A stretch of 63,817 nucleotides of DNA, counting the filler, from Lama guanicoe (taxonomy: Eukaryota), in the NCBI GenBank assembly GCA_013239625.1. It is 172 parts of 172 records of this genome, joined end to end, with 100 filler letters (N's around TTAATTAATTAA, not from the genome) between each part and the next. Parts side by side here need not be neighbours in the genome. Positions count along the whole stretch, not along the records: positions 33,047 to 33,318 come from PNXV01051635.1; positions 33,419 to 33,690 come from PNXV01051636.1; positions 33,791 to 34,062 come from PNXV01051637.1; positions 34,163 to 34,434 come from PNXV01051638.1; positions 34,535 to 34,806 come from PNXV01051639.1; positions 34,907 to 35,178 come from PNXV01051640.1; positions 35,279 to 35,550 come from PNXV01051641.1; positions 35,651 to 35,922 come from PNXV01051642.1; 164 more parts are not named here. The stretch is one strand, 5' to 3'. Below, in pieces: positions 33,047 to 45,965 of this stretch (positions are counted from its first letter, which is position 1; each line of letters begins with the position of its first letter). Position numbers and translations under genes: made by a program. The notes beneath the pieces were generated by a model. The model saw nothing but the letters and a program-made list of their open reading frames with translations. It did not search any database and was not told the DNA's origin.

Positions 33047-33318
33047 GTCCTGGGGTTCCTAGGCCACCCACACTTCTGACCAACTGGCTACAAAATTGGC
33101 AGTTCCCACTACCACTACAACAACCCACAGGGCTCAGCAAAATGCTATTACTTACGTGAACAATTTTACTATAAAGGATAAAAATAAGAACCAGCCAAAA
33201 GAAGATACCCATACAATGAGGTCAAGATGGTCCTCAGCACAAAGCTCTCACATCCTCTCACCATGGAATCAGGGCACATCACGCTCCCAGACACAGCAGT
33301 GTGTTCACGAACCAGGAA
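33047..33318 (-). mobile_element. MER21-family LTR fragment (continuation of contig 3711-3981)
   Basis: CACTTCTGACCAACTGGCTACAAA...CAGGGCACATCACGCTCCCAG...GTGTTCACGAACCAGGAA. The last 49 bp are the exact reverse complement of 3933-3981. Confidence 0.8.
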
Positions 33319-33524
33319 NNNNNNNNNNNNNNNNNNNNNNNNNNNNNNNNNNNNNNNNNNNNTTAATTAATTAANNNNNNNNNNNNNNNNNNNNNNNNNN
33401 NNNNNNNNNNNNNNNNNNAAAAAAATCTCAGGAACTGATGGGTCTGTTGAAGAAGAACATGTCCAGTAAACAACAGGAAGGTCAGGATATGTTTATATGA
33501 ATCACATTGATCCAGAGTTTTGTA

Positions 33525-33690
33525 AACTTTTTACCAAGGTATAGTGATACAGAATATTATATCAGTTGCAGGTGTTCAACATAGTGATTAAAAAAATTTT
33601 AGGTTATACTCCGTTCATAGCTATTATAAAATAGTGGCTATGTCCCTGTGCTCTACAGGATATCCTTGTAGCTTATTTATTTTAGACACA
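33525..33690 (-). mobile_element. L1 3' terminus
   Basis: ATATTATATCAGTTGCAGGTGTTCAACATAGTGATT...GCTATTATAAAATAGTGGCTATGTCCCTGTGCT...ATATCCTTGTAGCTTATTTATTTTA. Confidence 0.8.
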
Positions 33691-34162
33691 NNNNNNNNNN
33701 NNNNNNNNNNNNNNNNNNNNNNNNNNNNNNNNNNTTAATTAATTAANNNNNNNNNNNNNNNNNNNNNNNNNNNNNNNNNNNNNNNNNNNNTGGACTTTTG
33801 GGCCCACTCTCAGGCTCCTTGTCACAAAAGCTCTCTCCGTCTGTGTCTCCCTCTCTCTGTCTCTGTTGTCTCTTGCCTACCACCACCCTCCCCAGTCCTC
33901 AGCATCCACAAGCTCTCGGTCAGTAGAGCCACAGACATCAGCTTCTCCATGAGGGCTGGTGGGCCATGGGCAACTGGGCCAATGTGCCAGAGGACAGGGT
34001 CACTGTGTCCAACAGCGTCTTCTCCATGGGGCTGGCAGGTGAGGGGCCTCGGAGTGTGGGAGNNNNNNNNNNNNNNNNNNNNNNNNNNNNNNNNNNNNNN
34101 NNNNNNTTAATTAATTAANNNNNNNNNNNNNNNNNNNNNNNNNNNNNNNNNNNNNNNNNNNN

Positions 34163-34434
34163 AGGTCACGAGAATCAGCACATCACAAGGGGCTGTTACA
34201 AACAAGCCAGGGAACCGAGCACCAAGTCCTGCTGTTCCCTTTCCCAGGAGTGTGCCCTCGTATTAAACCTGTGCTCTGCCCTCACTCTACTCAGACCTCC
34301 CAAGCTGTCTCTGCCCTTGGACCTGGCACATGCGAAATTCTGTGTATGTGTCTCAAGAGAATGAAATCTGTTTGCCCCGGTCACATGGGGCTCCTGGAGG
34401 TAAGCCCCCTGGCCTTCAAAACCACATGTCCTGG
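34163..34434 (-). mobile_element. Probable L1 5'-region fragment (antisense)
   Basis: TGTGTATGTGTCTCAAGAG...TCTGTTT...GTAAGCCCCCTGGCCTTCAAAACCACATGTCCTGG resembles antisense L1M 5' sequence. Confidence 0.45.
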
Positions 34435-34534
34435 NNNNNNNNNNNNNNNNNNNNNNNNNNNNNNNNNNNNNNNNNNNNTTAATTAATTAANNNNNNNNNN
34501 NNNNNNNNNNNNNNNNNNNNNNNNNNNNNNNNNN

Positions 34535-34806
34535 GTGTCTAGAGTGTATAAATAACTGTCAAAACTCAACAGTTAAAAAAAGGAACAATTCAATTAGAAA
34601 ATGGACAAAAGATATGAAGACACAGTTCACACAAGAGGACATACGTTTGGCAAGTAAGCCATGAAAAGATGTCAGTATCACTTATCATTAGTGAAATTCA
34701 AATTATGAACACGATGAGAATTATATGTCAATTAGGACAGCTAAAATACAAATTAATTTTATGCCACTGAGGATGCCAAGTAACTGGATTTCTCATACTA
34801 TTGCTA
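34535..34806 (+). mobile_element. L1M ORF2 C-terminal fragment
   Basis: AAAACTCAACAGT...CAATTAGAAAATGGACAAAAGATATGAAGACACAGTTCAC...ATGAAAAGATG. Confidence 0.85.
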
Positions 34807-37800
34807 NNNNNNNNNNNNNNNNNNNNNNNNNNNNNNNNNNNNNNNNNNNNTTAATTAATTAANNNNNNNNNNNNNNNNNNNNNNNNNNNNNNNNNNNNNN
34901 NNNNNNTGGAGAAGAACTCACATTTCCTAATTCAGGGTCCATGATTTTAGAGTTATCAGCACCGCTGTTATCTGCAAGCAATGGCTTCTGGAGCTGGTCT
35001 TGTGTTCGTTTGGTTTTCTTATAAGTATTTGAAACAGCAGACATATCGTGACTTTTTATTTGAATCGTGTGTTTCACCTCACTGGAGCGGGCAAGCCACA
35101 AACCAAAAAAGGCTTTCAGGACCACTTACCTGAGGTGCACGGCCAATGTCTGATTTCCAGTGAGTATTTTGGTTCCTTNNNNNNNNNNNNNNNNNNNNNN
35201 NNNNNNNNNNNNNNNNNNNNNNTTAATTAATTAANNNNNNNNNNNNNNNNNNNNNNNNNNNNNNNNNNNNNNNNNNNNTTATGTTCTGACCTTTCAGCTC
35301 TTTCCTTCTACTAACAAGTTTGTTTCTGATTTTGCTACATATTTTTTGGTAAGATTATGTTATAAGAGAGAGAAGTTTCTTATTTGTATAAGTGAGATTA
35401 TTTTAAGCATCCCTATAACACTGCTTTTGCTGCACCCCATGGAATTTGTTTTTCTTGTCATTTTTCTTTATATATATTTAATTTGATTTTTACAGCATTC
35501 TATTTGTTGTTTAATATTGTATGATTTATTCCCCATATTTTACTATTTTTNNNNNNNNNNNNNNNNNNNNNNNNNNNNNNNNNNNNNNNNNNNNTTAATT
35601 AATTAANNNNNNNNNNNNNNNNNNNNNNNNNNNNNNNNNNNNNNNNNNNNGGCTATCTCTTCTCTGTCTGAAAGAAAGTAAAGGTCTCTCAAAGTCGAGA
35701 AAGTTATAAATCAATTTTCTAAATCCATATGTTATTTGGACAAATAACTCAAAAGAGAAATATCAAACCTGAAAACCTGTACCACCCTGATAATGAATAT
35801 CATCTTTAAAATGGTGGTGGTGTGGTGAGGGGAGTAATTGATTAGGGATTCTCCTAAGGACCAGTGGGGCAAGTTGGTTCTGTTAGTTCTGTTGGCTGAA
35901 AATGTGTAACAGCACTGTTTACNNNNNNNNNNNNNNNNNNNNNNNNNNNNNNNNNNNNNNNNNNNNTTAATTAATTAANNNNNNNNNNNNNNNNNNNNNN
36001 NNNNNNNNNNNNNNNNNNNNNNCGGCTATTCCTGGGCTGCTGTGTAGGACACTGTGGCCTCTTGGTGCTGGAAGGAGCTGCGCTTTCAGAGGATAAGTCA
36101 CAGACGTGGGGACAGAGCTGGTAGGAGAGCGGCCCCCGAGACGGGCAGGACTGGGTGGTGTATCAGGGTGTCCTGGACCGGGAGCCAGGAACTTGGCTTC
36201 TTGGTCTGAAGTCCCGGCTCCACCCTCGTTGGCCAAGGGGCTTTGCAGCCACGTGGCTCCTTAGTTTTCCTGCCACTGAAACATGGTGGTCACGNNNNNN
36301 NNNNNNNNNNNNNNNNNNNNNNNNNNNNNNNNNNNNNNTTAATTAATTAANNNNNNNNNNNNNNNNNNNNNNNNNNNNNNNNNNNNNNNNNNNNGTTTCT
36401 GATGCTAAGTGCTCTTTTATGTTGGAGGTGCCTCCTTCCATGCTGTTATGGCATATTTTTTAAATTCGTTTTCAGTGATTTCCATTTTAATTATCAATAT
36501 TTTCCTTTAAAGTTAAGTTTTTGTGTGTGTGTCTTTTATTTCCATTCCTACTTTAATGGCATAAAGGATATCCTCTTATATGAGTTTTATAGTTTGGCTT
36601 TTTCATTTTATCTGGAATTTATTTTTGTAAACAGACCAAGAGAGGGATTTATATATTTTTTCCATGNNNNNNNNNNNNNNNNNNNNNNNNNNNNNNNNNN
36701 NNNNNNNNNNTTAATTAATTAANNNNNNNNNNNNNNNNNNNNNNNNNNNNNNNNNNNNNNNNNNNNATATCACATGATTGAAATTCCAAATGAAATCAAA
36801 GGAGGCTATCAACACAGGTACCTTTTAGAGAGAACCTGAAAATGTATTGCCCTGGAAAGTAGCTCAGTGTAGGAGTGCACAATAAGAAAGAAAGAAAAGA
36901 GAAATATAAGATATAAAATAATTAAAATTATATATGTGTATACATAATTTAAAAATCAAGAATGATAAAGATATTAGTCTGCTATTTTTATTGAGGTATA
37001 GTTGACTTACAGTATTATGTTAGTTTTAGTTGTACAACNNNNNNNNNNNNNNNNNNNNNNNNNNNNNNNNNNNNNNNNNNNNTTAATTAATTAANNNNNN
37101 NNNNNNNNNNNNNNNNNNNNNNNNNNNNNNNNNNNNNNTATATATATATATAAATTTTTTTCCTTGCAAAACTTATAGAACCCAGATCAGGACTGAGTAG
37201 AATAGATGATCGAGTTGTATATATTGACTTGATAGAAACCCGTTTTAAGTAGATCCACTGCAAACTTCTGCAGAACAGTTTTGAAAAGAAACAGAGTTAA
37301 AGTTGCAAAGAGAACTCTTTATTGACATTGAAGAATTACCTTCCTGAATGGCACCCTCAAGGCATGGGTATAGATTAAATGACCTTTTAAGGTAATGACC
37401 CTTTAGAAAGNNNNNNNNNNNNNNNNNNNNNNNNNNNNNNNNNNNNNNNNNNNNTTAATTAATTAANNNNNNNNNNNNNNNNNNNNNNNNNNNNNNNNNN
37501 NNNNNNNNNNTTGTTTATTTTATATATAGTAGTTAATATCTGTAGAAGACTTTATCATCGAATGCTGAATCTCATTTTCAAGTTCTTCTCCAATTGGATC
37601 TATTCATGAACAATATGTTATAATTACCAGGCAATTAATTAATTGTAATTCCTGAACCACCATATACTTCAAACTCATACATTTTCACACACTGTCCCTA
37701 CACTTTAGAAAGCCTTTCCAGTTTGGTCAACATTCCTAACATTTGCAGCACAATCCAAACAGCAGTTCCTCAAACATGTCCTNNNNNNNNNNNNNNNNNN

Positions 37801-38691
37801 NNNNNNNNNNNNNNNNNNNNNNNNNNTTAATTAATTAANNNNNNNNNNNNNNNNNNNNNNNNNNNNNNNNNNNNNNNNNNNNTCATCTTCACCCTATCCT
37901 ATTGCAACCATTTTACATATGAGGAAACTGGACCACAAATGGATTCAAAATTTAAAACCAGCCATGGTAACTCCAGAGGCCACGTGACAAACAGCTTTCC
38001 AATTTACCATAATGTAAAGTTCGTATTTGAATTCACTTTTGTCATATTTTTCTAATGTCTTTTTCACTTCTCATTCACAGCCCATTCTCTAACAAGTATC
38101 ACACCAAAATTTTGATTTTTGACTCTAATCCCTTAAAAATTTACCACTTATTTTNNNNNNNNNNNNNNNNNNNNNNNNNNNNNNNNNNNNNNNNNNNNTT
38201 AATTAATTAANNNNNNNNNNNNNNNNNNNNNNNNNNNNNNNNNNNNNNNNNNNNTTATCATCAGGGTAACTTAGAAGCCTCAAATCGAAGGAGGGTAGAC
38301 AAAAATGCAACATCCTCTATCAAGAGGGAAATGTATGTAAATATATGTGAGCGACATGGTGTTTAACGGTTCAGTTGTAGCGGCACTGGATGTGCTGTGT
38401 AAAACAGTCCTGATGCATCTGTGAGTGCTGAGTAAGGTAACCACGCCTTGTCCGAAATTCTGCAGAATGTCTTATCAAATAATAGTAATAACAATATCAA
38501 AACCCTAAGAACTTGCTTCTTTTTCGNNNNNNNNNNNNNNNNNNNNNNNNNNNNNNNNNNNNNNNNNNNNTTAATTAATTAANNNNNNNNNNNNNNNNNN
38601 NNNNNNNNNNNNNNNNNNNNNNNNNNAAACACCTCCTAGACACAATGATAAGCTCTTTAAATGGATTAAATGTCATAAGCCTGCATTACAT

Positions 38692-38850
38692 CAGCGATTC
38701 TCAAATGTTGATGTCAATACAAATCACCTGGGTTATCTTATTAAACTGCAGATTCTGATTCAGTTCTGGGTGGCCAGATTCCCTATTTCTAATTAGCTCC
38801 TAGTGATGATGCTGTTGCCAGTCCTTGGACCACACTTCAAAAGCCAAGGT
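38692..38850. mobile_element. MER5A DNA transposon, near full length
   Basis: CAGCGATTCTCAAA...AATCACCTGGG...GCAGATTCTGATTCAGT...TTTCTAATTAGCTCC...GATGCTG...GGACCACACTT. Confidence 0.8.
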
Positions 38851-40858
38851 TTTATAGTACATCAAGATGACATGGAAGCCTGGACTTCTGAACACCAGNN
38901 NNNNNNNNNNNNNNNNNNNNNNNNNNNNNNNNNNNNNNNNNNTTAATTAATTAANNNNNNNNNNNNNNNNNNNNNNNNNNNNNNNNNNNNNNNNNNNNTT
39001 TTTTGGCTATATCAAGCAGCTAATTTGGTTGGAAAAGCCAAGGAACAGGAGACCTGATTTCCAGTCCAGCTTAGATACTAACTAATTCTAGACCTGTAAG
39101 GATTCAGAAAGCAGACCCCAAACAATATGCCTTCCCTAGTTACATCATTTAAAATATTAAATACTTAGGCCAGCTGAAGCACAAATCAAAGTAAAGAATT
39201 CAGATGGGGAAGGTGTGTTATAAAAGATCCACTGGTAAGTATTGAACCCAGTTAAATCTAAATAATTGTTNNNNNNNNNNNNNNNNNNNNNNNNNNNNNN
39301 NNNNNNNNNNNNNNTTAATTAATTAANNNNNNNNNNNNNNNNNNNNNNNNNNNNNNNNNNNNNNNNNNNNCCCACCTACCACCCCACCAAATTTCTGAGC
39401 AATCCACTGTGTACAAAAACATTAAGTTTATTATGCCTCAGATGCAAACAGACAGAACAAGTCAGTGCTCAAAAATGAAATCTTGAAGCTCATTTTCAGA
39501 AACAGTAACCCTGAAAAGCAGACTTTCATATGTAAGAGCCAGGCATATGGGAGGAAAGTGTTTTGTAAATCCCAGATAGCTCCCTCCAGATAGGAGAATG
39601 AGAGGCCAGATGACTCAGAATACAGTTTTAGCATAAGCCAGANNNNNNNNNNNNNNNNNNNNNNNNNNNNNNNNNNNNNNNNNNNNTTAATTAATTAANN
39701 NNNNNNNNNNNNNNNNNNNNNNNNNNNNNNNNNNNNNNNNNNGCCGTTTCTTTGCTGCTAAAGGAAACAGAGTTTGAGGCTCTTTGTTCTCCAGGAAACA
39801 AGGAGGCAGCTTTGGATATGCAGATATGAGCACAGAGCTGATTGGGTGGGACTGGCCTGGAAAAAGGGCCCCCAGAGTAGAACACAGGCAGGTGTGCAGA
39901 GTCCTTAGGGAGGGCGAGGGCAGGGCCATGGCTCTGTTGCCCTGTCAGTGAAGTATGTCACGCATGGAAACACTTTGGACCAATGTTTCGGGCAGAATGG
40001 AGCAGAGAGAGGAANNNNNNNNNNNNNNNNNNNNNNNNNNNNNNNNNNNNNNNNNNNNTTAATTAATTAANNNNNNNNNNNNNNNNNNNNNNNNNNNNNN
40101 NNNNNNNNNNNNNNTTAACACCCAAAGAAGAAATATATCCCCTCTGAAAACCAAGGGTTAATTCATTCACATCTATGTTTCAATCTTTTCGTGTGTTTTA
40201 TTCAGTCCCCAGAAGGTGAAAATAAGTTATACAGTTAAAATTGTGGTCCGGAGACTCTGATCTCCAGCAGGTGTTCAGAATGCAGGAACTCAAGCGGAAA
40301 GAGAAAAGAGTTTGCAGAAATGAAAGAAGGTAAGAATGACCACATAGCAGGTTTTGAGAAATGAATGTCTTGGAAACCTGAGGAAANNNNNNNNNNNNNN
40401 NNNNNNNNNNNNNNNNNNNNNNNNNNNNNNTTAATTAATTAANNNNNNNNNNNNNNNNNNNNNNNNNNNNNNNNNNNNNNNNNNNNTCTGTAAGATTCCT
40501 AAAGCACGAAATATGGTAAAACTCTTTTCTGTTCTGTGGGCGACCAGAAGACAGCATTTGATTTCATTTTCAGCCTCTCCTAAACTCTCCTTAATATCAA
40601 TCATATTTCCGTCTGCTCTCTGTTAATTTTATAAGAAGGGAAGCCTGTATGATGCATTTTTCCAGTTACTCTGATGAATTATGCCTCATTCAGGAATAAA
40701 CTATATTAAGAGTTAAGTAAAGGTGATGGCTACCGTATCTGAACAAACTAATTACCAGNNNNNNNNNNNNNNNNNNNNNNNNNNNNNNNNNNNNNNNNNN
40801 NNTTAATTAATTAANNNNNNNNNNNNNNNNNNNNNNNNNNNNNNNNNNNNNNNNNNNN

Positions 40859-41130
40859 CGCCGCCCGCCCCGCTCGCTGGCTGCCGTCAGTCGGGCCGCG
40901 CCGCGCCTCGGCTCTGGTGAGTGGCTCCCGGTCCCGCGCGCCCTTCCCCGGGAGGGTCCGCGCGGCGGCGGCGGCGGCGGCGCGCGGTCAGGGCCGCGGG
41001 CCTGTGAGGGGCGGCTCGCGGGCAGGTCCGGGGCAGGCGGCGAGGGGGGACCCGGGCGGCTGCTTTCTAGGCGGGGAGCCCTCAGCGGGCGGCTGCGGCT
41101 CCGGTTCCTGGAAGGGGCCGCGTCCGCCGG
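40859..41130 (+). promoter_or_regulatory. CpG-island fragment with probable first-exon donor (CTG|GTGAGT, GT at 40917) and (GCG)n tract
   Basis: Very GC/CpG-rich, with a consensus donor and a (GCG)n run at about 40962-40982. Confidence 0.75.
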
Positions 41131-41230
41131 NNNNNNNNNNNNNNNNNNNNNNNNNNNNNNNNNNNNNNNNNNNNTTAATTAATTAANNNNNNNNNNNNNN
41201 NNNNNNNNNNNNNNNNNNNNNNNNNNNNNN

Positions 41231-41501
41231 TATTTACAAAATAGAAACAGACTCACAGACATAGAAAACAAACTTAATGTTTACCAAAGGGAAAGGGGGT
41301 AAAGGGATAAACTAGGAGTTTGCAAATCACAGATAGAAACTGCTACATATAGAACAGATAAACAAGATTCTACTGTATAACACAGGGAACAATATTCATT
41401 ATCCTGTAATGAACCATAATGGAAAAGAATATGAAAAAGAATAGGTATCTCTCTGAATCACTTTGCTGTACACCAGAAACTAACACAACATTATAAATCA
41501 A
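41231..41501 (+). mobile_element. L1 3' UTR
   Basis: TATTTACAAAATAGAAACAGACTCACAGACATAGAAAACAAAC...GAATCACTTTGCTGTACACCAGAAACTAACACAACATT. Confidence 0.92.
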
Positions 41502-42717
41502 NNNNNNNNNNNNNNNNNNNNNNNNNNNNNNNNNNNNNNNNNNNNTTAATTAATTAANNNNNNNNNNNNNNNNNNNNNNNNNNNNNNNNNNNNNNNNNNN
41601 NGAATTCCCAAATACTGGCTGTAGATCTTGACACATCTCTCTACCTACACAAATACTAGCATGTTACTTTCTCATTTTATCTTAAGAAAAAAAATCAAGA
41701 AGAGTAACCCTTCAACATCCCCACAGGCATAGGATTCCCTTTGTTTGAGCAATGTAATATGTATGTGATATAAATCAATATCCAGTGAAGAGAGTGGTTA
41801 ATAGCACAGGGCTCTCGACATTTGGCTCTATCAACTCCCACAGCGTGCTGCCATGGTCCCATTTCCCATCTTGNNNNNNNNNNNNNNNNNNNNNNNNNNN
41901 NNNNNNNNNNNNNNNNNTTAATTAATTAANNNNNNNNNNNNNNNNNNNNNNNNNNNNNNNNNNNNNNNNNNNNAGTCGTGGTTGTCCCAGTGCCATCGTG
42001 GCAACCGCATTGTCCTTCGCCATGTTGGCTGGTTTGGGGGCATGAAATCCAGTTCTGGCCAATGATGTGTAAGGGATGGACTTCCGGGGCTCCCAGGAGG
42101 GACTGTCCACCCCGAAAGGACCGAGGGGACGGGAAGCGTCCTCTCTGGTGCAAGAGGTCGTTATGTGTGGCAGAGCTGAGATGATAAATCGAGGCCGAGG
42201 GTGCGAGCTCAATGGGGGAGCCGGGTCCTCCCTTCATCAGGGGCTNNNNNNNNNNNNNNNNNNNNNNNNNNNNNNNNNNNNNNNNNNNNTTAATTAATTA
42301 ANNNNNNNNNNNNNNNNNNNNNNNNNNNNNNNNNNNNNNNNNNNNGGGGGCCTCGTGTGCTGGAGGGGAATCGACGGAGAGGTAGACATCCGAGAAAGGC
42401 AGCTCTGGGGTGTGGCCTCCAGAGAAGGAGGTCTGATCTGGAAACAGCAGCATTGTCACTTCACAGTAGCATGCCGAGTGGCCTGGCCCAGGCCAGAGCT
42501 CCGGACCCCCATGACCTCTGCTAGAACAGTTAGACCAATCCTTTCCCCGTGGGGGATGCCCACATGGGCACATTTACACCACTCAGGCAACAGAAAGGTT
42601 GTTTGTGCCTTTAGAAANNNNNNNNNNNNNNNNNNNNNNNNNNNNNNNNNNNNNNNNNNNNTTAATTAATTAANNNNNNNNNNNNNNNNNNNNNNNNNNN
42701 NNNNNNNNNNNNNNNNN

Positions 42718-42855
42718 TTCAATACCTTGTAATGGCCTATAATGAAAAAGATTTATATAATATATGCATGTATAAATGAATCACTATGCAATACACCAGA
42801 AATTAACACATCATTGTAAATCAAATATACTTCAGTTTAAAAAACAAAACAAAAC
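42718..42855 (+). mobile_element. L1 3' terminus with A-rich tail
   Basis: CCTATAATGAAAAAGA...GAATCACTATGCAATACACCAGAAATTAACACA...TATACTTCAGTTTAAAAAACAAAAC. Confidence 0.88.
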
Positions 42856-45693
42856 CAGTTTACTGATTAATTAACCTTTTTGAGAAGAAAGAGTAGAATA
42901 CAGGTAGCCTAAAAAAGACCAGAAATGCCTCAGCCCAGCTGTGTGTGCCTCCTCGTCCACTCTTGCCCCCGCCTCTCAGCCTACAGGACNNNNNNNNNNN
43001 NNNNNNNNNNNNNNNNNNNNNNNNNNNNNNNNNTTAATTAATTAANNNNNNNNNNNNNNNNNNNNNNNNNNNNNNNNNNNNNNNNNNNNATGCAAATTTT
43101 GGGGCCCCTGGGTCCAAAGACTTACATAGAGATTACTGCAGTAATGCCACTGCCCCAGTGCTACCAGCTGATGGGAGTAAGAGCTTGCTTTTCCCAACTC
43201 TGCTTGTTTTACTAATTAATCAGAATTAGACCCAAGGCAAAATACAGTAAAAGGTATCTAAACCCTGATTAATGATTTGTCAGTATGGGTGATGCTCCCA
43301 CTATTCTCTGAACTGAAATAATCAACCACTTACTAATTTATTACCATTTCTCAACCAGAAGNNNNNNNNNNNNNNNNNNNNNNNNNNNNNNNNNNNNNNN
43401 NNNNNTTAATTAATTAANNNNNNNNNNNNNNNNNNNNNNNNNNNNNNNNNNNNNNNNNNNNCTGACTCATGCTGAGCACCTGCCCTGAGGGAGGAAAGTA
43501 AGGCTGGCATTTTCTACCCCCATCCCAAGCTTGTTCCTTACCCCTCCCTTCCTCCCTTTTGCTCACTGATATTTTCTATCTGCTATGGGGAGGAGGAGGG
43601 AAAGAGGAAAGGAAAGAAAATTTCCTTCTTGACGCTATGATCCATGATTGCAGTCATGCTCCCTGGGTCAGTCAGATGTTTAAACTCACCTCTTTATTTA
43701 ATGGGGAGCAGTCACAAATTATCTGACACCCCCNNNNNNNNNNNNNNNNNNNNNNNNNNNNNNNNNNNNNNNNNNNNTTAATTAATTAANNNNNNNNNNN
43801 NNNNNNNNNNNNNNNNNNNNNNNNNNNNNNNNNATCAAAACTTCTAATAACAGTCCATGAACAGAGCCATTATTACAGGCTCTACAACCACATTTTTGGA
43901 CTCCTACATCCACTTTTCTCCGATCTATTATCACCAGTATGACTCACTATTCATTTAATCAGGGTCCCAGGAGAAACTGCTTAGTGTCTAAGTCTCCCAA
44001 ACTCCACTGCTTTATTAAAAAGACCAAAGAAGAGTTAACCCACATGGAAGCAAATGCACTCTGTAGTGTTTAGGGCCCACAATGGCCTCTTCCTTTTTTT
44101 TTTTTNNNNNNNNNNNNNNNNNNNNNNNNNNNNNNNNNNNNNNNNNNNNTTAATTAATTAANNNNNNNNNNNNNNNNNNNNNNNNNNNNNNNNNNNNNNN
44201 NNNNNTGGTTGTTGTGAGGATTAAATAAGGTAACTACAGCAAGTGCTCAGAACACCATCTGGACTGCTTCAATTTAGCATCCTTATTGCTATTGTTGCTG
44301 TTCTTATTTGGTTCACATATCCCCCCTACATGAGCCTCAGAGGAGGTGGGTCCCAGAAGAAAAAGTACTATTGTAACTGATCTAAACCGATCAATGTAAT
44401 TCAATTTCTTTTTTAGTAATTTTTTTTCTTTTTTTTTTGCATTTTTTATTGATTCATAATCATTTTACAGTGTTGTGNNNNNNNNNNNNNNNNNNNNNNN
44501 NNNNNNNNNNNNNNNNNNNNNTTAATTAATTAANNNNNNNNNNNNNNNNNNNNNNNNNNNNNNNNNNNNNNNNNNNNCAGTTTATCATAGATATTAAGTA
44601 TTATGTGTCAAAAGAGGAATTCCTTTACAGTTTCTCTGCTTCTAGCCTGACTTTCTCACCAATTTTTGCCTTGAAATTTTTTCTAACCTGAAAACATGAT
44701 CCTTTTTTTTCTTGACCAACATTTTTCAGTATTTACACATTGCCAAAAAATGGCATCCAAATAATTTTCATGTTATACAATGGTCTTCACAATAAGGCTT
44801 CTACATCTGTTCACTCTCATCTCCCACCGTTTTCTGTCTCCTTGTATTTNNNNNNNNNNNNNNNNNNNNNNNNNNNNNNNNNNNNNNNNNNNNTTAATTA
44901 ATTAANNNNNNNNNNNNNNNNNNNNNNNNNNNNNNNNNNNNNNNNNNNNGGAGTGAGGGGCCTCAGAAAGAGAGGGCAGCAGACCTCGAAGGAGTGTGTG
45001 TACACGTCCTCTGCTCCCATTTCCACTGAACTCGCCCTCTGTCCACATTGCTGACCCTCCACCTCTACGGGGTCCAATCCTACTTGATGAGGGGGCACCT
45101 TCCCAGGGGTACGCAGTCCCTTGCCTCACCTTCCTCTGGGGTCTTCTCGGCTGGGCGCCATAAGCCTGTGGAGCCTCAGGGCCCCACTGCTGAGTCTGTT
45201 TAGGGACTGTCAACTAAAATANNNNNNNNNNNNNNNNNNNNNNNNNNNNNNNNNNNNNNNNNNNNTTAATTAATTAANNNNNNNNNNNNNNNNNNNNNNN
45301 NNNNNNNNNNNNNNNNNNNNNAAAGGGAGACAGGTACATCAGAAGCAAGATCTTCCACGTCGCCTTGCAAACCCCATGCCAGCACCCCTGGTGTAACATT
45401 CTCTGGATAGTCATTGCCATTGTCTAGGATTTGACCTATGATGATGTGAGCTTTGACGTTCCCTCGGTCCTTGAGAAATTTGGGGCAAATCAGGGCCACC
45501 CAGGACCACTGGTGTCCAAGAGAGATTCATCGTTGACTGGGTAGAGTGTTGGGTCCCCTCACTGGCTGTCCGCACATTCTCTACCTCGTCCCCNNNNNNN
45601 NNNNNNNNNNNNNNNNNNNNNNNNNNNNNNNNNNNNNTTAATTAATTAANNNNNNNNNNNNNNNNNNNNNNNNNNNNNNNNNNNNNNNNNNNN

Positions 45694-45965
45694 ACAGAGA
45701 AAGACAAACACTGTAAGATATCACTTACATGTGGAATCTAAAAAAATACAACAAACCAGTGAACATAACAGAAGAGAAACAGACTCACAGATGTAGATAA
45801 GGAGCCAGTGGTGCCCAGTGGGGAGAGGGAGGGGGAGGGGCAAGATGGAGGCAGAGCACTAAGAGGCACAAACTACCAGGTGTGAAATAAGCTGCCAGGG
45901 TGTATGTGCAACGTGGGGAATACAGCCAGCAGGGCATAATCGGTATAAATGGAGTATAGCCTTTA
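45694..45965 (+). mobile_element. L1 3' UTR (older cetartiodactyl/L1MA-type subfamily)
   Basis: ACAGAGAAAGACAAACACTG...ATCACTTACATGTGGAATCTAAAAAA...AGACTCACAGATGTAGA; paralogous to 57968-58239. Confidence 0.88.

Noticed and set aside
34001..34007. V(D)J recombination signal heptamer (CACTGTG)
   Set aside because: No nonamer at 12- or 23-bp spacing and no V/J coding sequence.
45322..45593. Minus-strand frame with cadherin-like 'HIIIGQILDNGNDYPE'
   Set aside because: Only a loose resemblance to DxNDNxP, with an upstream stop and no other cadherin motifs; not supportable without a search.
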